Assembly: GCA_001785355.1 (NCBI GenBank)
Contig: MFTQ01000021.1
Coordinates: 4,033-68,032 of the forward strand
Direction: 5' to 3'
Origin: Candidatus Nomurabacteria bacterium RIFCSPHIGHO2_01_FULL_41_71
GTDB taxonomy: Bacteria > Patescibacteriota > Minisyncoccia > Phycocordibacterales > UBA9973
Length of the DNA: 64,000 nt
A program made the position numbers and the translations under genes. The notes beneath the pieces are model-generated. The model was not told the DNA's origin and ran no database searches. It saw nothing but the letters and a program-made list of their open reading frames with translations. Shown here in pieces: positions 46,143 to 54,991 of this stretch (positions are counted from its first letter, which is position 1; the number at the start of each line of letters is the position of its first letter).

Positions 46143-46163
46143 TGCCAAAGCAAGGCTTTGGCA
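46143..46163. repeat. REP-like palindrome upstream of RAYT-3
   Basis: TGCCAAAGC-AAG-GCTTTGGCA. Confidence 0.9.
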
Positions 46164-46177
46164 GTAAACATGAGTGT

Positions 46178-46873
46178 ATGTCTATTCGAAAAATTCCATT
46201 TGTCCAGAGGGAGTTTTACCATATTTTTAGCAGGGGTAATAGTAAACAAGATATATTTTTAGATGATAAAGACAGGGAGCGTTTTACTCAGTTGCTGTAT
46301 CTTTGTAACTCTACAAAGAATGTGAATTACAGGGAAAATATTGTTAGGACTAATATAATCGCATGGGAGTTTGATAGGGGAGAAACAATTATTGCAATAG
46401 GCGCATGGGTTTTGATGTCTAATCATTTTCATCTCTATGTAACCCCAAAAAAGTTGCCAAAGCAAGGCTTTGGCAACTTTGAGAATAGCCTTACGGCATT
46501 CATGCATAAACTTCTTACTTCATATTCAAAATATTTTAATAAAAAATACAATAGAACAGGTAGTTTGTTTGAAAGTAAATTCAAATCTGTTCACATCAAG
46601 AGTGATCCTCAGGCGAAATATAATTTTTCATATATTCATTTGAATCCGATAAAATTAATTGACCGTAAATGGCGTGAGAATGGAATTAAGGATTTTAAAA
46701 AAGCTAAAAAGTTTTTGAAAGACTATAAATGGTCAAGTTATTTGGATTATAAAGGTGTCATTCGTCCGGAAAATAAGATTTTAGACAGAAAAAATTTTCT
46801 GGATTATTTTCAAAATATAAAGGATTTTGATTCTGAAATTCTTGAATGGCTTAAATTTGGGGAAGAAGAATAA
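46178..46873 (+). mobile_element. RAYT-like Y1 transposase 3; internal REP at 46450-46480
   Basis: FYHIFSRG, MSNHFHL, RTGSLFESKFKS, YIHLNP, YKWSSY. Confidence 0.9.
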
Positions 46874-46877
46874 GGAA

Positions 46878-46916
46878 TTACCAAATTGCCAAAGCAAGGC
46901 TTTGGCAATTTGGTAA
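46878..46916. repeat. Extended REP-like palindrome downstream of RAYT-3
   Basis: TTACCAAATTGCCAAAGC-AAG-GCTTTGGCAATTTGGTAA. Confidence 0.9.
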
Positions 46917-47129
46917 AAAAGACAAATAAATATGCCTCGAAAGTCGAAGACTTCGAGGCGCTTTTGGGCGATTGGAATCAATCGCCCGATTTGTACCGTG
47001 GGCCGGAAACTCTTTGCCTCGCCCGCGTCAAGAACGGGGCAAAAAGACCTTTCGCCGGACCTTGCACTCCGGCTCCCCCGGCTCCACGGTATTTTCGATA
47101 TTAACACAGATTTTTTCTTGATTAAAAAG

Positions 47130-47138
47130 TTATCCACA
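47130..47138 (+). promoter_or_regulatory. Consensus DnaA box upstream of the mraZ promoter; second copy at 46115-46123
   Basis: TTATCCACA. Confidence 0.55.
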
Positions 47139-47146
47139 CCCTTCGT

Positions 47147-47210
47147 TTGCAAGGGTTTCACGCCGTGGTTTATAATGCGTATCAAGTGGGAAAAAGTGGG
47201 AAAAATGGGG
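47147..47210 (+). promoter_or_regulatory. mraZ promoter with MraZ binding repeats
   Basis: TTGCAA-18 bp-TATAAT, then GTGGG-N5-GTGGG-N5-TGGGG at 10-bp phasing. Confidence 0.8.
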
Positions 47211-47232
47211 ATAAGTAATTTTTAGAAAATTT

Positions 47233-47670
47233 ATGCTGATCGGAGAGTACATTCACACAATAGACGAGAAGAATCGGGTATCCTTGCCTTTTAAGTTTCG
47301 CAAAGAGATGGGCAGAAAAATTATTATCACCCCGGGGCTCGGTCGATGCTTGTTTGTTTTCACAAGCAAAGAATGGGAAAAAGTTGCTAAAAAACTTTCC
47401 GATTCGGATTCCGATTTATCTTTTTTAAAAGCAGACCAGCGAAGTTTTAACAGATATATGTTTGGTCGAGCGGCGGAAGTGGAAGTGGATTCGATCGGGC
47501 GGATACTGATACCGGAATTTTTGCAGGAAGGGATACGGCTTCGGGACAAGGCGGCGATCATCGGGGTATCCGACAGGGTAGAGGTTTGGAACGAAAAAGC
47601 ATGGTCGGAGCAGAAGCAAAAAGTTGCCAAAGAAGCGGAGCGGTTAGCGGAGAAGCTTGGAAATGCATAA
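47233..47670 (+). CDS. mraZ: Transcriptional regulator MraZ
   Basis: GEYIHTIDEKNRVSLP, DSIGRILIP, DRVEVW. Confidence 0.95.
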   Translation: MLIGEYIHTIDEKNRVSLPFKFRKEMGRKIIITPGLGRCLFVFTSKEWEKVAKKLSDSDSDLSFLKADQRSFNRYMFGRAAEVEVDSIGRILIPEFLQEGIRLRDKAAIIGVSDRVEVWNEKAWSEQKQKVAKEAERLAEKLGNA

Positions 47671-48526
47671 GACAGTTCTTTTAAATGAAACAATAGATGG
47701 CCTTGATCTGAAAGAAGATTCAGTGGTGCTTGATGCCACATTCGGCGGTGGAGGACACTCGGCAGAAATTTTGAAAAGATTTCCCGAGGTAAAAATCATA
47801 GCTTTAGATCAAGATGCAAGTGTATGGAAGTCTCAGCCGGGAATTTCTTTTCATAACAAGAACTTCAGAAATTTAGATGAAGTATTGAAAAAGGAAGGAA
47901 AAGAAAAAGTTGACGGAATTATTTTTGATTTAGGCTTGAGCTCCGATCAGCTGGAAAATTCCGGACGGGGATTTTCTTTCATGAAGGACGAGCCGCTCTT
48001 CATGACCATGAAAGAAAATCCCCGTCCGGAAGATCTCACCGCCCGGGAGATTGTAAACGATTGGGACGAACAAAATCTCGCGGATATCATCTATGGTTTT
48101 GGCGAAGAAAGATATGGCAGAAGGATCGCCGGAGCGATCGCGCAAGCGAGAAAACAGAAACCGATTGAAACCACTTTTGATTTGGTGGGGATTATCAAAA
48201 GAGCGGTGCCGGCGCGATACAGAGAAGGGAGACTGCACTTTGCCACCAAGACCTTCCAGGCAATCCGCATAGCGGTAAACGACGAGCTCGAGGCGCTTCG
48301 AGAGGGGCTCAAAGTAGGTTTTGAATCTCTTCGATCGGGGGGCAGGATGGCGGTCATAAGCTTTCACAGTCTGGAAGACAGGATTACAAAGAGATTTTTT
48401 AAAGATAAACAGAAAGCAGGAGAGGCGATTTTAATAAACAAAAAGCCCATTGTGGCCAAAAGAGAAGAAATAAAAAATAATCCAAGATCAAGAAGCGCGA
48501 AATTGAGAATAATTCAAAAACAATGA
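47663..48526 (+). CDS. rsmH: 16S rRNA m4C1402 methyltransferase
   Basis: HKTVLL, DATFGGGGHS, DLGLSS, SFHSLEDR, NPRSRSAKLR. Confidence 0.96.
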   Translation: MHKTVLLNETIDGLDLKEDSVVLDATFGGGGHSAEILKRFPEVKIIALDQDASVWKSQPGISFHNKNFRNLDEVLKKEGKEKVDGIIFDLGLSSDQLENSGRGFSFMKDEPLFMTMKENPRPEDLTAREIVNDWDEQNLADIIYGFGEERYGRRIAGAIAQARKQKPIETTFDLVGIIKRAVPARYREGRLHFATKTFQAIRIAVNDELEALREGLKVGFESLRSGGRMAVISFHSLEDRITKRFFKDKQKAGEAILINKKPIVAKREEIKNNPRSRSAKLRIIQKQ

Positions 48527-48891
48527 AACAAGCAGGTTTAAAACTAAAAATGTATGTGGAGAAAACCGATGTAATTAGAGACAGCGTTTTTTTCGGATAC
48601 ATTTTGCATGTTATGTTCGGAGCTTTTGGGGTCCTGGCTATCGCTTATGTGGTGATACTGGGAAATATGATATTCAATATTAACGAAAGGAAATCGCTCG
48701 AGAAGGAAGTGTCCACGCTTTCAAGCGAGGTGGGCGAACTGGAACTCGAATATCTCGCTCTTTCGAAGAAAGTGGATCTGGGGCTTTCCCGCACTCTCGG
48801 CTTTAAGGAAGCCAAGCCGGCTTTCGCCGCTCGCAAATCTCTCGGATTCGACACTTCTAATCTAACTACGGAGCCGGACAATGAGATCTAG
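48523..48891 (+). CDS. FtsL-like cell division protein
   Basis: Transmembrane segment plus leucine zipper, positioned between rsmH and the PBP gene. Confidence 0.65.
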   Translation: MKQAGLKLKMYVEKTDVIRDSVFFGYILHVMFGAFGVLAIAYVVILGNMIFNINERKSLEKEVSTLSSEVGELELEYLALSKKVDLGLSRTLGFKEAKPAFAARKSLGFDTSNLTTEPDNEI

Positions 48892-50590
48892 TTTGTTTTG
48901 GAGAACAAGAATTTTGCTTTTTTTTATAATGTTGTTTTCTTTTATTCTTCTGTTTAAGCTTTTTCTGGTGCAAGTGGTTCATAATAGCTCATATTCCGAG
49001 AGGGCGGACAGGCAGTATGCCACTCCAGCTGAAAATATTTTTGAAAGAGGTACGATTTTTTTTACTAGCAAAGCGGACCAGCTTGTTTCCGCGGCTATGC
49101 AGATATCCGGATATAAATTGGCCGTCGATCCATCCAAGCTCTCCGATTGGGAAGACGCACATCAGAAGCTTTCCGTAATCAGAGAGATAAACAAAGATGA
49201 TTTCGCTTCCAAGGCGGCCAAGAAAAACGACCCTTATGAAGAAATAGCCAATCATCTCTCCAAAGAGGAAGCGGATGCGGTATCCGCTCTTAAAATCCCT
49301 GGCGTAAATATTTTTAAAGAGAAATGGAGATTTTATCCCGGAGACAATCTTGCTTCTCACGCACTCGGGTTCGTGGGATATAAGGGAGACGAGCTTTCCG
49401 GCCGATATGGGCTGGAGAGGCAATATAATACGACGCTCTCCAGAAATAAAAATAATCCTTATGTGAATTTTTTTGCGGAAGTTTTTTCCAATATAAACGA
49501 AGTTTTATTCGAAGAAGAGAGTAGGGAAGGAAATGTAATAACGACTATTGAACCGTCGGTGCAGAGTTTATTAGAAGAAAAGCTAAAAGAAACAGGAGAG
49601 AAATACCAGACGGATTCGATAGGCGGAATCATCATGAATCCGAAAAACGGCTCGATCTACGCGCTCGGAGTGAAGCCTGATTTTAATCTCAATACTTTTT
49701 CCAAAGTAGAAAAAATTTCCATCTTTTCGAATCCTTTGGTGGAGAATGTGCTTGAATTCGGATCAGTGGTGAAGCCTTTGGTAATGGCGGCCGCTCTAAA
49801 CGAAGGAGTGATTGCTCCGGAAACCAAATATGAAGACAGGGGATCTGTCTGGGTGGAAAAAAAAGAAATTTTCAACTTCGACAAGAAAGCCCGCGGGGTG
49901 GTCAATATGCAGGAAGTGCTAAATCAGTCTCTCAATACCGGCATGGTTTTCGTTTATCAAAAACTTGGCAAAAAAAATCTCAAGGATTATCTCCTTTCTT
50001 ATGGCATCAAAGATAAGACCGGCATCGATCTTCCCAATGAAACCTCCGGATTGGTTTCCAATCTGGAAAGCCCAAGAGACATAGAATTCGCGAACGCTTC
50101 TTTCGGACAGGGGATCGCTCTTACTCCGATTGGCATGCTACGAGCCCTTGCTTCTCTTTCAAATGGAGGAAAGCTGGTGGTTCCGCATCTGGTGCGGGAG
50201 ATCAGATATGCGGATGGCACCTCTAAAAAAATGGAATATGAGACTCTGCCTACGAAAATTTCCACGGAAACTTCCGCTAAAATTACCGAAATGTTGGTCG
50301 GAGTGATGGATAAGGCGATCAAAGGAGGAACTGAAAGATTTGAACGCTTTAGCGTGGCGGTGAAAACCGGCACAGCTCAAGTTGCCAATGCGGAAGCCGG
50401 AGGATACTATAAGGACAGGCATACCCATTCATTTTTCGGATATTTTCCGGCGTATGATCCGGAATTCATAGTGTTTTTGTATGCGGTCAATCCAAAGGGA
50501 GTGGAATACGCGGCCACCACTTGGGCAGATCCATTTCTGGATATCACCAAGTTTCTGCTGAATTATTATGAAGTGCCTCCGGATCGGTAA
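48881..50590 (+). CDS. ftsI: Class B penicillin-binding protein (FtsI-like)
   Basis: RGTIF, R.YP, SVVK (SxxK), SLN (SxN), KTGTAQ. Confidence 0.88.
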   Translation: MRSSLFWRTRILLFFIMLFSFILLFKLFLVQVVHNSSYSERADRQYATPAENIFERGTIFFTSKADQLVSAAMQISGYKLAVDPSKLSDWEDAHQKLSVIREINKDDFASKAAKKNDPYEEIANHLSKEEADAVSALKIPGVNIFKEKWRFYPGDNLASHALGFVGYKGDELSGRYGLERQYNTTLSRNKNNPYVNFFAEVFSNINEVLFEEESREGNVITTIEPSVQSLLEEKLKETGEKYQTDSIGGIIMNPKNGSIYALGVKPDFNLNTFSKVEKISIFSNPLVENVLEFGSVVKPLVMAAALNEGVIAPETKYEDRGSVWVEKKEIFNFDKKARGVVNMQEVLNQSLNTGMVFVYQKLGKKNLKDYLLSYGIKDKTGIDLPNETSGLVSNLESPRDIEFANASFGQGIALTPIGMLRALASLSNGGKLVVPHLVREIRYADGTSKKMEYETLPTKISTETSAKITEMLVGVMDKAIKGGTERFERFSVAVKTGTAQVANAEAGGYYKDRHTHSFFGYFPAYDPEFIVFLYAVNPKGVEYAATTWADPFLDITKFLLNYYEVPPDR

Positions 50591-50604
50591 AATAAATAAA
50601 CGAA

Positions 50605-51924
50605 GTGAAAACATTTTTCAAAAAAATAATAATTTATATTCTGCAAGTGGAATCCAGGCTTGTGATTGCCAAGTATAAGCCGAAAATCATTGCCATCACC
50701 GGCTCGGTAGGCAAGACTTCCACCAAGGATGCGATTTATGCGGTGATTTCCAAGGTTTCGCATGTTCGTAAAAGCGAGAAAAGTTATAACAGTGAAGTGG
50801 GTCTTCCGCTTACTATTCTCGGAGTGTCGAACGGATGGAACAATCCGGTGCTCTGGATTCGGAATGTCTTGCGGGGGATGTGGTTGTATTTGTCTCCGCA
50901 TAAGTATCCAAAATGGCTGGTACTGGAGGTCGGAGTGGGGAAAACCGGAGACATGAAACGCACGGCGTCCTGGCTCAAGACGGATGCAGTGGTCATCACC
51001 ACTATAGGAGATACCCCGGCTCATATAGAATTTTTCAATTCCCGCAGGCATTTGATAGAGGAAAAAAGCGGGCTTATAAAAACTTTAAAAAAAGACGGCG
51101 TCTTGGCGCTGAATGCGGATGATGAATCGGTGCTCGCGCTTGGAGAAAAGACTAAAAATAGGGTTATGACTTTCGGCTTTGGAGAGAAGGCGGAGGTGCG
51201 GGGAAGTCAGCTTAGTATTTCTTACAATGAAAAGAATATTCCGGACGGAATAATTTTTCGAGTGGATGAAGGGGGAGCGAGCCTGCCGGTTTCCGTGGAA
51301 GGAGTTTTCGGCAAAAATCACGTATACGCCGCGCTTGCCGCTCTCACTTTGGCTTCGGAGTTGAAACTCAATATGCTTTCCGCTATCTCCGCGCTTAAAA
51401 ATTACGATGTTCCCCCGGGCCGAATGCGCCTGCTTGCGGGCATCAACAATGCTCTCATAATAGATGATACTTACAATTCTTCTCCTTTCGCTTGCGAGTC
51501 CGCTCTTAAAACTCTGGGGGAAATAAGATATGACGACCCCTCGGCTTCATTCGGGATCAAAAGAAAGATTGCCGTCCTGGGCGACATGCTTGAGCTTGGC
51601 AAGCATACTAGTGATGCGCACAAAAATATCGGTAGAATAGCCAGAGAAAACGCAGACGCGCTTGTAGTAGTCGGCCAGAGAGCGCAGGCTATAAAAGAAG
51701 GCGCGATGGAAGCAGGAATGGATAAAGAAAAAGTTTTTGAGTTCGTGAATTCGCAAAAAGCCGGAAATTTCTTAAAGACTTTTATTCGCTCTGGCGATTT
51801 GGTGCTCGTCAAAGGTTCTCAAACCATGCGTATGGAGCGCGCCGTGGAAGCGATACTCGCGGATCGTGGGAACAAAGAAAAACTCCTCGTTCGTCAAGAC
51901 AGCGAATGGTTGGCAAAGGAGTAG
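50605..51924 (+). CDS. murF: UDP-MurNAc-pentapeptide ligase MurF
   Basis: ITGSVGKTSTK, DDTYNSSP, LGDMLELG, VKGSQ. Confidence 0.93.
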   Translation: MKTFFKKIIIYILQVESRLVIAKYKPKIIAITGSVGKTSTKDAIYAVISKVSHVRKSEKSYNSEVGLPLTILGVSNGWNNPVLWIRNVLRGMWLYLSPHKYPKWLVLEVGVGKTGDMKRTASWLKTDAVVITTIGDTPAHIEFFNSRRHLIEEKSGLIKTLKKDGVLALNADDESVLALGEKTKNRVMTFGFGEKAEVRGSQLSISYNEKNIPDGIIFRVDEGGASLPVSVEGVFGKNHVYAALAALTLASELKLNMLSAISALKNYDVPPGRMRLLAGINNALIIDDTYNSSPFACESALKTLGEIRYDDPSASFGIKRKIAVLGDMLELGKHTSDAHKNIGRIARENADALVVVGQRAQAIKEGAMEAGMDKEKVFEFVNSQKAGNFLKTFIRSGDLVLVKGSQTMRMERAVEAILADRGNKEKLLVRQDSEWLAKE

Positions 51925-51993
51925 AAGCAAAGCATCCCTTAGAGCGAAAAGCAAAATTGTTGGCTTATGCGCCATGGCTCCGATTTATCGCGG

Positions 51994-52065
51994 TGACCCT
52001 ACTGGGGATCGCACCCAGATTTAAAGCTTGAGAAGCTTTTGTCCTAACTATTAGACGATAGGGCC
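51994..52065 (-). tRNA. tRNA-Glu(CTC)
   Basis: Reverse strand GGCCCTATCGTCTAATAGTTAGGAC, anticodon stem AAAGC/GCTTT with loop TTCTCAA. Confidence 0.9.
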
Positions 52066-52066
52066 A

Positions 52067-53650
52067 ATGAGAAAAATATATCACACAAATATGATATACT
52101 CAAAGCGCGAAAGCATGCCGGATTTTATAAATTATAAAATTCAAAAAATAATTTCCAAGAACAGCTTTGTGTTTCTAGTTTTTGTTTGCGCGGTTTTATT
52201 CGCCTACGGAAATATCTTATTCGGAGATTTTGTTTTCGATGACAATATTTTTATCGAAAACAACGCTCAAATTCGTTCGCCTTCAAATGTGGAAGAGATA
52301 TATTCTTCCAGCACCACGGCTGGTTCGGGGCTTTTGAACGACAATTTTTATCGTCCCAACCAACAACTTATTTATACTCTGCTTTACACCTTCTTCGGCT
52401 TTTCGCCTTCTTTCTTTCATCTGGCGCCATTGTTGTTTCATATTTTTAACGGTTTTCTGATTTTCTTATTATTCTCCCGACTTGGAATTTCTCGGCGCGC
52501 TTCGTTTTTAGGATCTTTACTGTTTCTTCTTCATCCCATTCTCACCCAGGCGGTAAGCTACATATCCGGACTTTCGGAGCCCCTGGTCGTCTCCACCATT
52601 CTCGGCGCGCTTCTTATTTTTCTCAAAACTTTCGAATCGGACGAGAAATTTTACAAATGGCTTCTGTTGGGCGCACTGGTTTTTTTTATCGGCCTTTTTT
52701 CCAAAGAAAGCCAAGTTGTTTCCCTGGGCCTGATGGGACTTGTTTTGATTTTTAAATGGTCTCGGCAAGAAGTGGAAGATTTTTTCAAGCCGATTTTATT
52801 TATTTTGTTCTTGTCCGCCATTTTTTCCTTCTTTCTTTATATTCGCATAAATTTTCTCAATTTTACCGGTGTCATGGGTCTTACCGGAGACATCAATCCA
52901 TATACGGAGAATATCTGGCTTCGTATTTCCACCTTTGTTCACATTTTGCCGGAATATTTTAAAATGATTCTTTTTCCTTTGCATTTGCATTACGAGAGAC
53001 CCTATATTTTTTATGATTCATACACCGAGACGCAGTCCATTTTCAGTTTAATTTTTCTGATTTTCGGCTTTTTGGCGTCAATTTTTTTAGTTTTTAAGAA
53101 AAGGCCGGAGTTATTTTTTGGTTTCTTTTGGTTTCTCGGCGCGCTTCTCCCTGTCTCCGGCGTCATTCCGGTTAATTCCATATATCTCGAACACTGGCTG
53201 TATATGCCCATTATTGGAATGATATTTTTTCTTTGTTATATATTTGACAATCTTGGTGAAAAATCAAAAAATATTATTATCATTTTTCTTTTCTTTATAT
53301 TTCTCTTGTTTTCTTTCCGCATTATGGCGCGGAATGCCGAATGGGGAGACCCGGTCAGATTTTATAAAAATGAAATACGATATACGAAAAATTCCGCCCG
53401 TATTTACAACAATCTGGCTATGGAGCTTGCCGATAGGAACGATTGCGTATCGGCTATTCCGAATTATGAGATGGCCATAGCCGTAAATGACGCATATCCT
53501 CAGACTCATCACAATCTGGCCCGATGCCTGCAAGTTATGGGTATGCAGAAAGAAGCAGAAAGAGAATACATGGAGGCTCTTAGGATCGAGCCGAATTTTC
53601 GTTACAGCCTGGAAGCCCTTAAGAATCTGCGTTCTATTCTAGAGCCTTAG
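52067..53650 (+). CDS. GT-C fold membrane glycosyltransferase with TPRs (TMTC-like)
   Basis: FVFDD, FYRP, LFLLHP, SKES, EHWLYMP and C-terminal TPRs; the start may be 52115. Confidence 0.75.
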   Translation: MRKIYHTNMIYSKRESMPDFINYKIQKIISKNSFVFLVFVCAVLFAYGNILFGDFVFDDNIFIENNAQIRSPSNVEEIYSSSTTAGSGLLNDNFYRPNQQLIYTLLYTFFGFSPSFFHLAPLLFHIFNGFLIFLLFSRLGISRRASFLGSLLFLLHPILTQAVSYISGLSEPLVVSTILGALLIFLKTFESDEKFYKWLLLGALVFFIGLFSKESQVVSLGLMGLVLIFKWSRQEVEDFFKPILFILFLSAIFSFFLYIRINFLNFTGVMGLTGDINPYTENIWLRISTFVHILPEYFKMILFPLHLHYERPYIFYDSYTETQSIFSLIFLIFGFLASIFLVFKKRPELFFGFFWFLGALLPVSGVIPVNSIYLEHWLYMPIIGMIFFLCYIFDNLGEKSKNIIIIFLFFIFLLFSFRIMARNAEWGDPVRFYKNEIRYTKNSARIYNNLAMELADRNDCVSAIPNYEMAIAVNDAYPQTHHNLARCLQVMGMQKEAEREYMEALRIEPNFRYSLEALKNLRSILEP

Positions 53651-54692
53651 GTTTATCAATTTCCAAAAGAGAAATATCCGGAGAAGAACCCGCAATTCTT
53701 AGCACGTCTTTGTCAATTTTTTTCAATTCTTTATTTGAAGCGTTGTAATGATTCACAGCTGTGCCGAGAGCGTTGCCCAGTTTGCCGTGATACTCGTCAT
53801 AGCTTTTCAAATGCCTGCCCAGATCTTCCACTTTTTTAATAATTTCTTTGGCGGACTCTTCTATCTGAAGCGCCTTGAGTCCTTGGAGGACTGTTTGCAA
53901 GTATGCCAGAAAAGAAGTCGGGGAGGTGATAATCACTTTATATTTGCCGGCCGCGCGCTGGATCAGATTTTCATTCTGATTGTCTTTATTGTCCGACGTT
54001 AATGCGCCTACTTTATTGGTTAGTAAGTCATAGTAAATAGCTTCATGGGGGATAAACATAAAAGCAAAATCAGTTGTGTTTTGTGCGGGTTGGATATATT
54101 TTGCCGTTTCAGTAATTCTATTTTTTAAGTCATTTACAAAAACTGTTTCTAATTTTTTCTTTTCCGCCAGGTCTCTTTCTTCCGCCATTTTATTGTAATT
54201 CTCCAGCGAGAATTTAGAATCAATCGGGATGATTTTATCTTTCACGAATACCACCGCGTCCACAATCGTGCCATCCGGGAAAGGGTATTGCATCTGGTAG
54301 CTCCCGGGCGGAAGCACGTTTTTCAATACTGTCTCAAGGTAATATTCTCCGAGGATTCCGCGTTGTTTCGGATTTTTCAAAATATTCTCCAAGCTTTGGA
54401 GTTGGTCGGCGAAGGAGATAACTTGCTTGTTGGTTTCGTCGAGGCGGGTGAGGCGCTCCGTCACATCGCGAATTATTTTATTTGATTCACTGGAATGAAA
54501 CTGCAAACTGTCCCGCACCTGTTTATGCGACTCGCCGATTTTGTTATCTATTGTGCGGGCAAGCTCGTTTAGCTGTTGCAGTATCAACTGTAGCCCGAGA
54601 TCGTCTTTCTTTTCTTCTTTCTTGCTCTTCAAGAAAAAATACACAACCAAGCCTCCGCCAATCACCGCTAAAATTATCCAAATGATTTGCAT
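53634..54692 (-). CDS. rmuC: DNA recombination protein RmuC
   Basis: NPKQRGILGE, IPIDSKF, TTDFAFMFIP, SPT. Confidence 0.92.
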   Translation of the reverse strand: MQIIWIILAVIGGGLVVYFFLKSKKEEKKDDLGLQLILQQLNELARTIDNKIGESHKQVRDSLQFHSSESNKIIRDVTERLTRLDETNKQVISFADQLQSLENILKNPKQRGILGEYYLETVLKNVLPPGSYQMQYPFPDGTIVDAVVFVKDKIIPIDSKFSLENYNKMAEERDLAEKKKLETVFVNDLKNRITETAKYIQPAQNTTDFAFMFIPHEAIYYDLLTNKVGALTSDNKDNQNENLIQRAAGKYKVIITSPTSFLAYLQTVLQGLKALQIEESAKEIIKKVEDLGRHLKSYDEYHGKLGNALGTAVNHYNASNKELKKIDKDVLRIAGSSPDISLLEIDKPKALE

Positions 54693-54991
54693 GAGTCAAT
54701 TCTACCATCTAAAACCAAATTATCCGAGCCCTTGACAAAGCGATATATATATATATTAGTTTTTTTTATTGAAAGGAGGGAGCATGAAACTCCCATTGGT
54801 AGTGGCCTTGGCGATAAAAAAGGGGGGTTGGACGGAGAAAGCAATAGAAGCCCGTCCAACCCAAAGCGCAAAGTCGTTAAGACTTCTTTGAAGACCCTGG
54901 CGGCTTTTTTAATTTCACCAAAATATAAAATACAAAATTACCGAACTCTACCGATCGAAAAAGTTAGGTAATTTATTTTTTCGGAAAAAAT

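Noticed and set aside
46994-47091. Hammerhead ribozyme or known riboswitch (also considered for 34853-34950)
   Set aside because: No CUGANGA core and no convincing riboswitch consensus; kept only as unknown structures
46115-47138. Replication origin (oriC)
   Set aside because: Only two DnaA boxes 1 kb apart; no dnaA/dnaN and no box cluster
51535-51558. Degenerate palindrome insert in murF (DDPSASFGI); similar weak cases at lepA 9481-9502, valS 20585-20625 and the FAD oxidoreductase 61651-61712
   Set aside because: Plausible decayed inserts, but the symmetry is too weak to support without orthologue alignment
51925-51993. Recombinase remnant at the tRNA-Glu(CTC) 3' end
   Set aside because: No recognisable similarity to the recombinase ends seen at the other tRNAs
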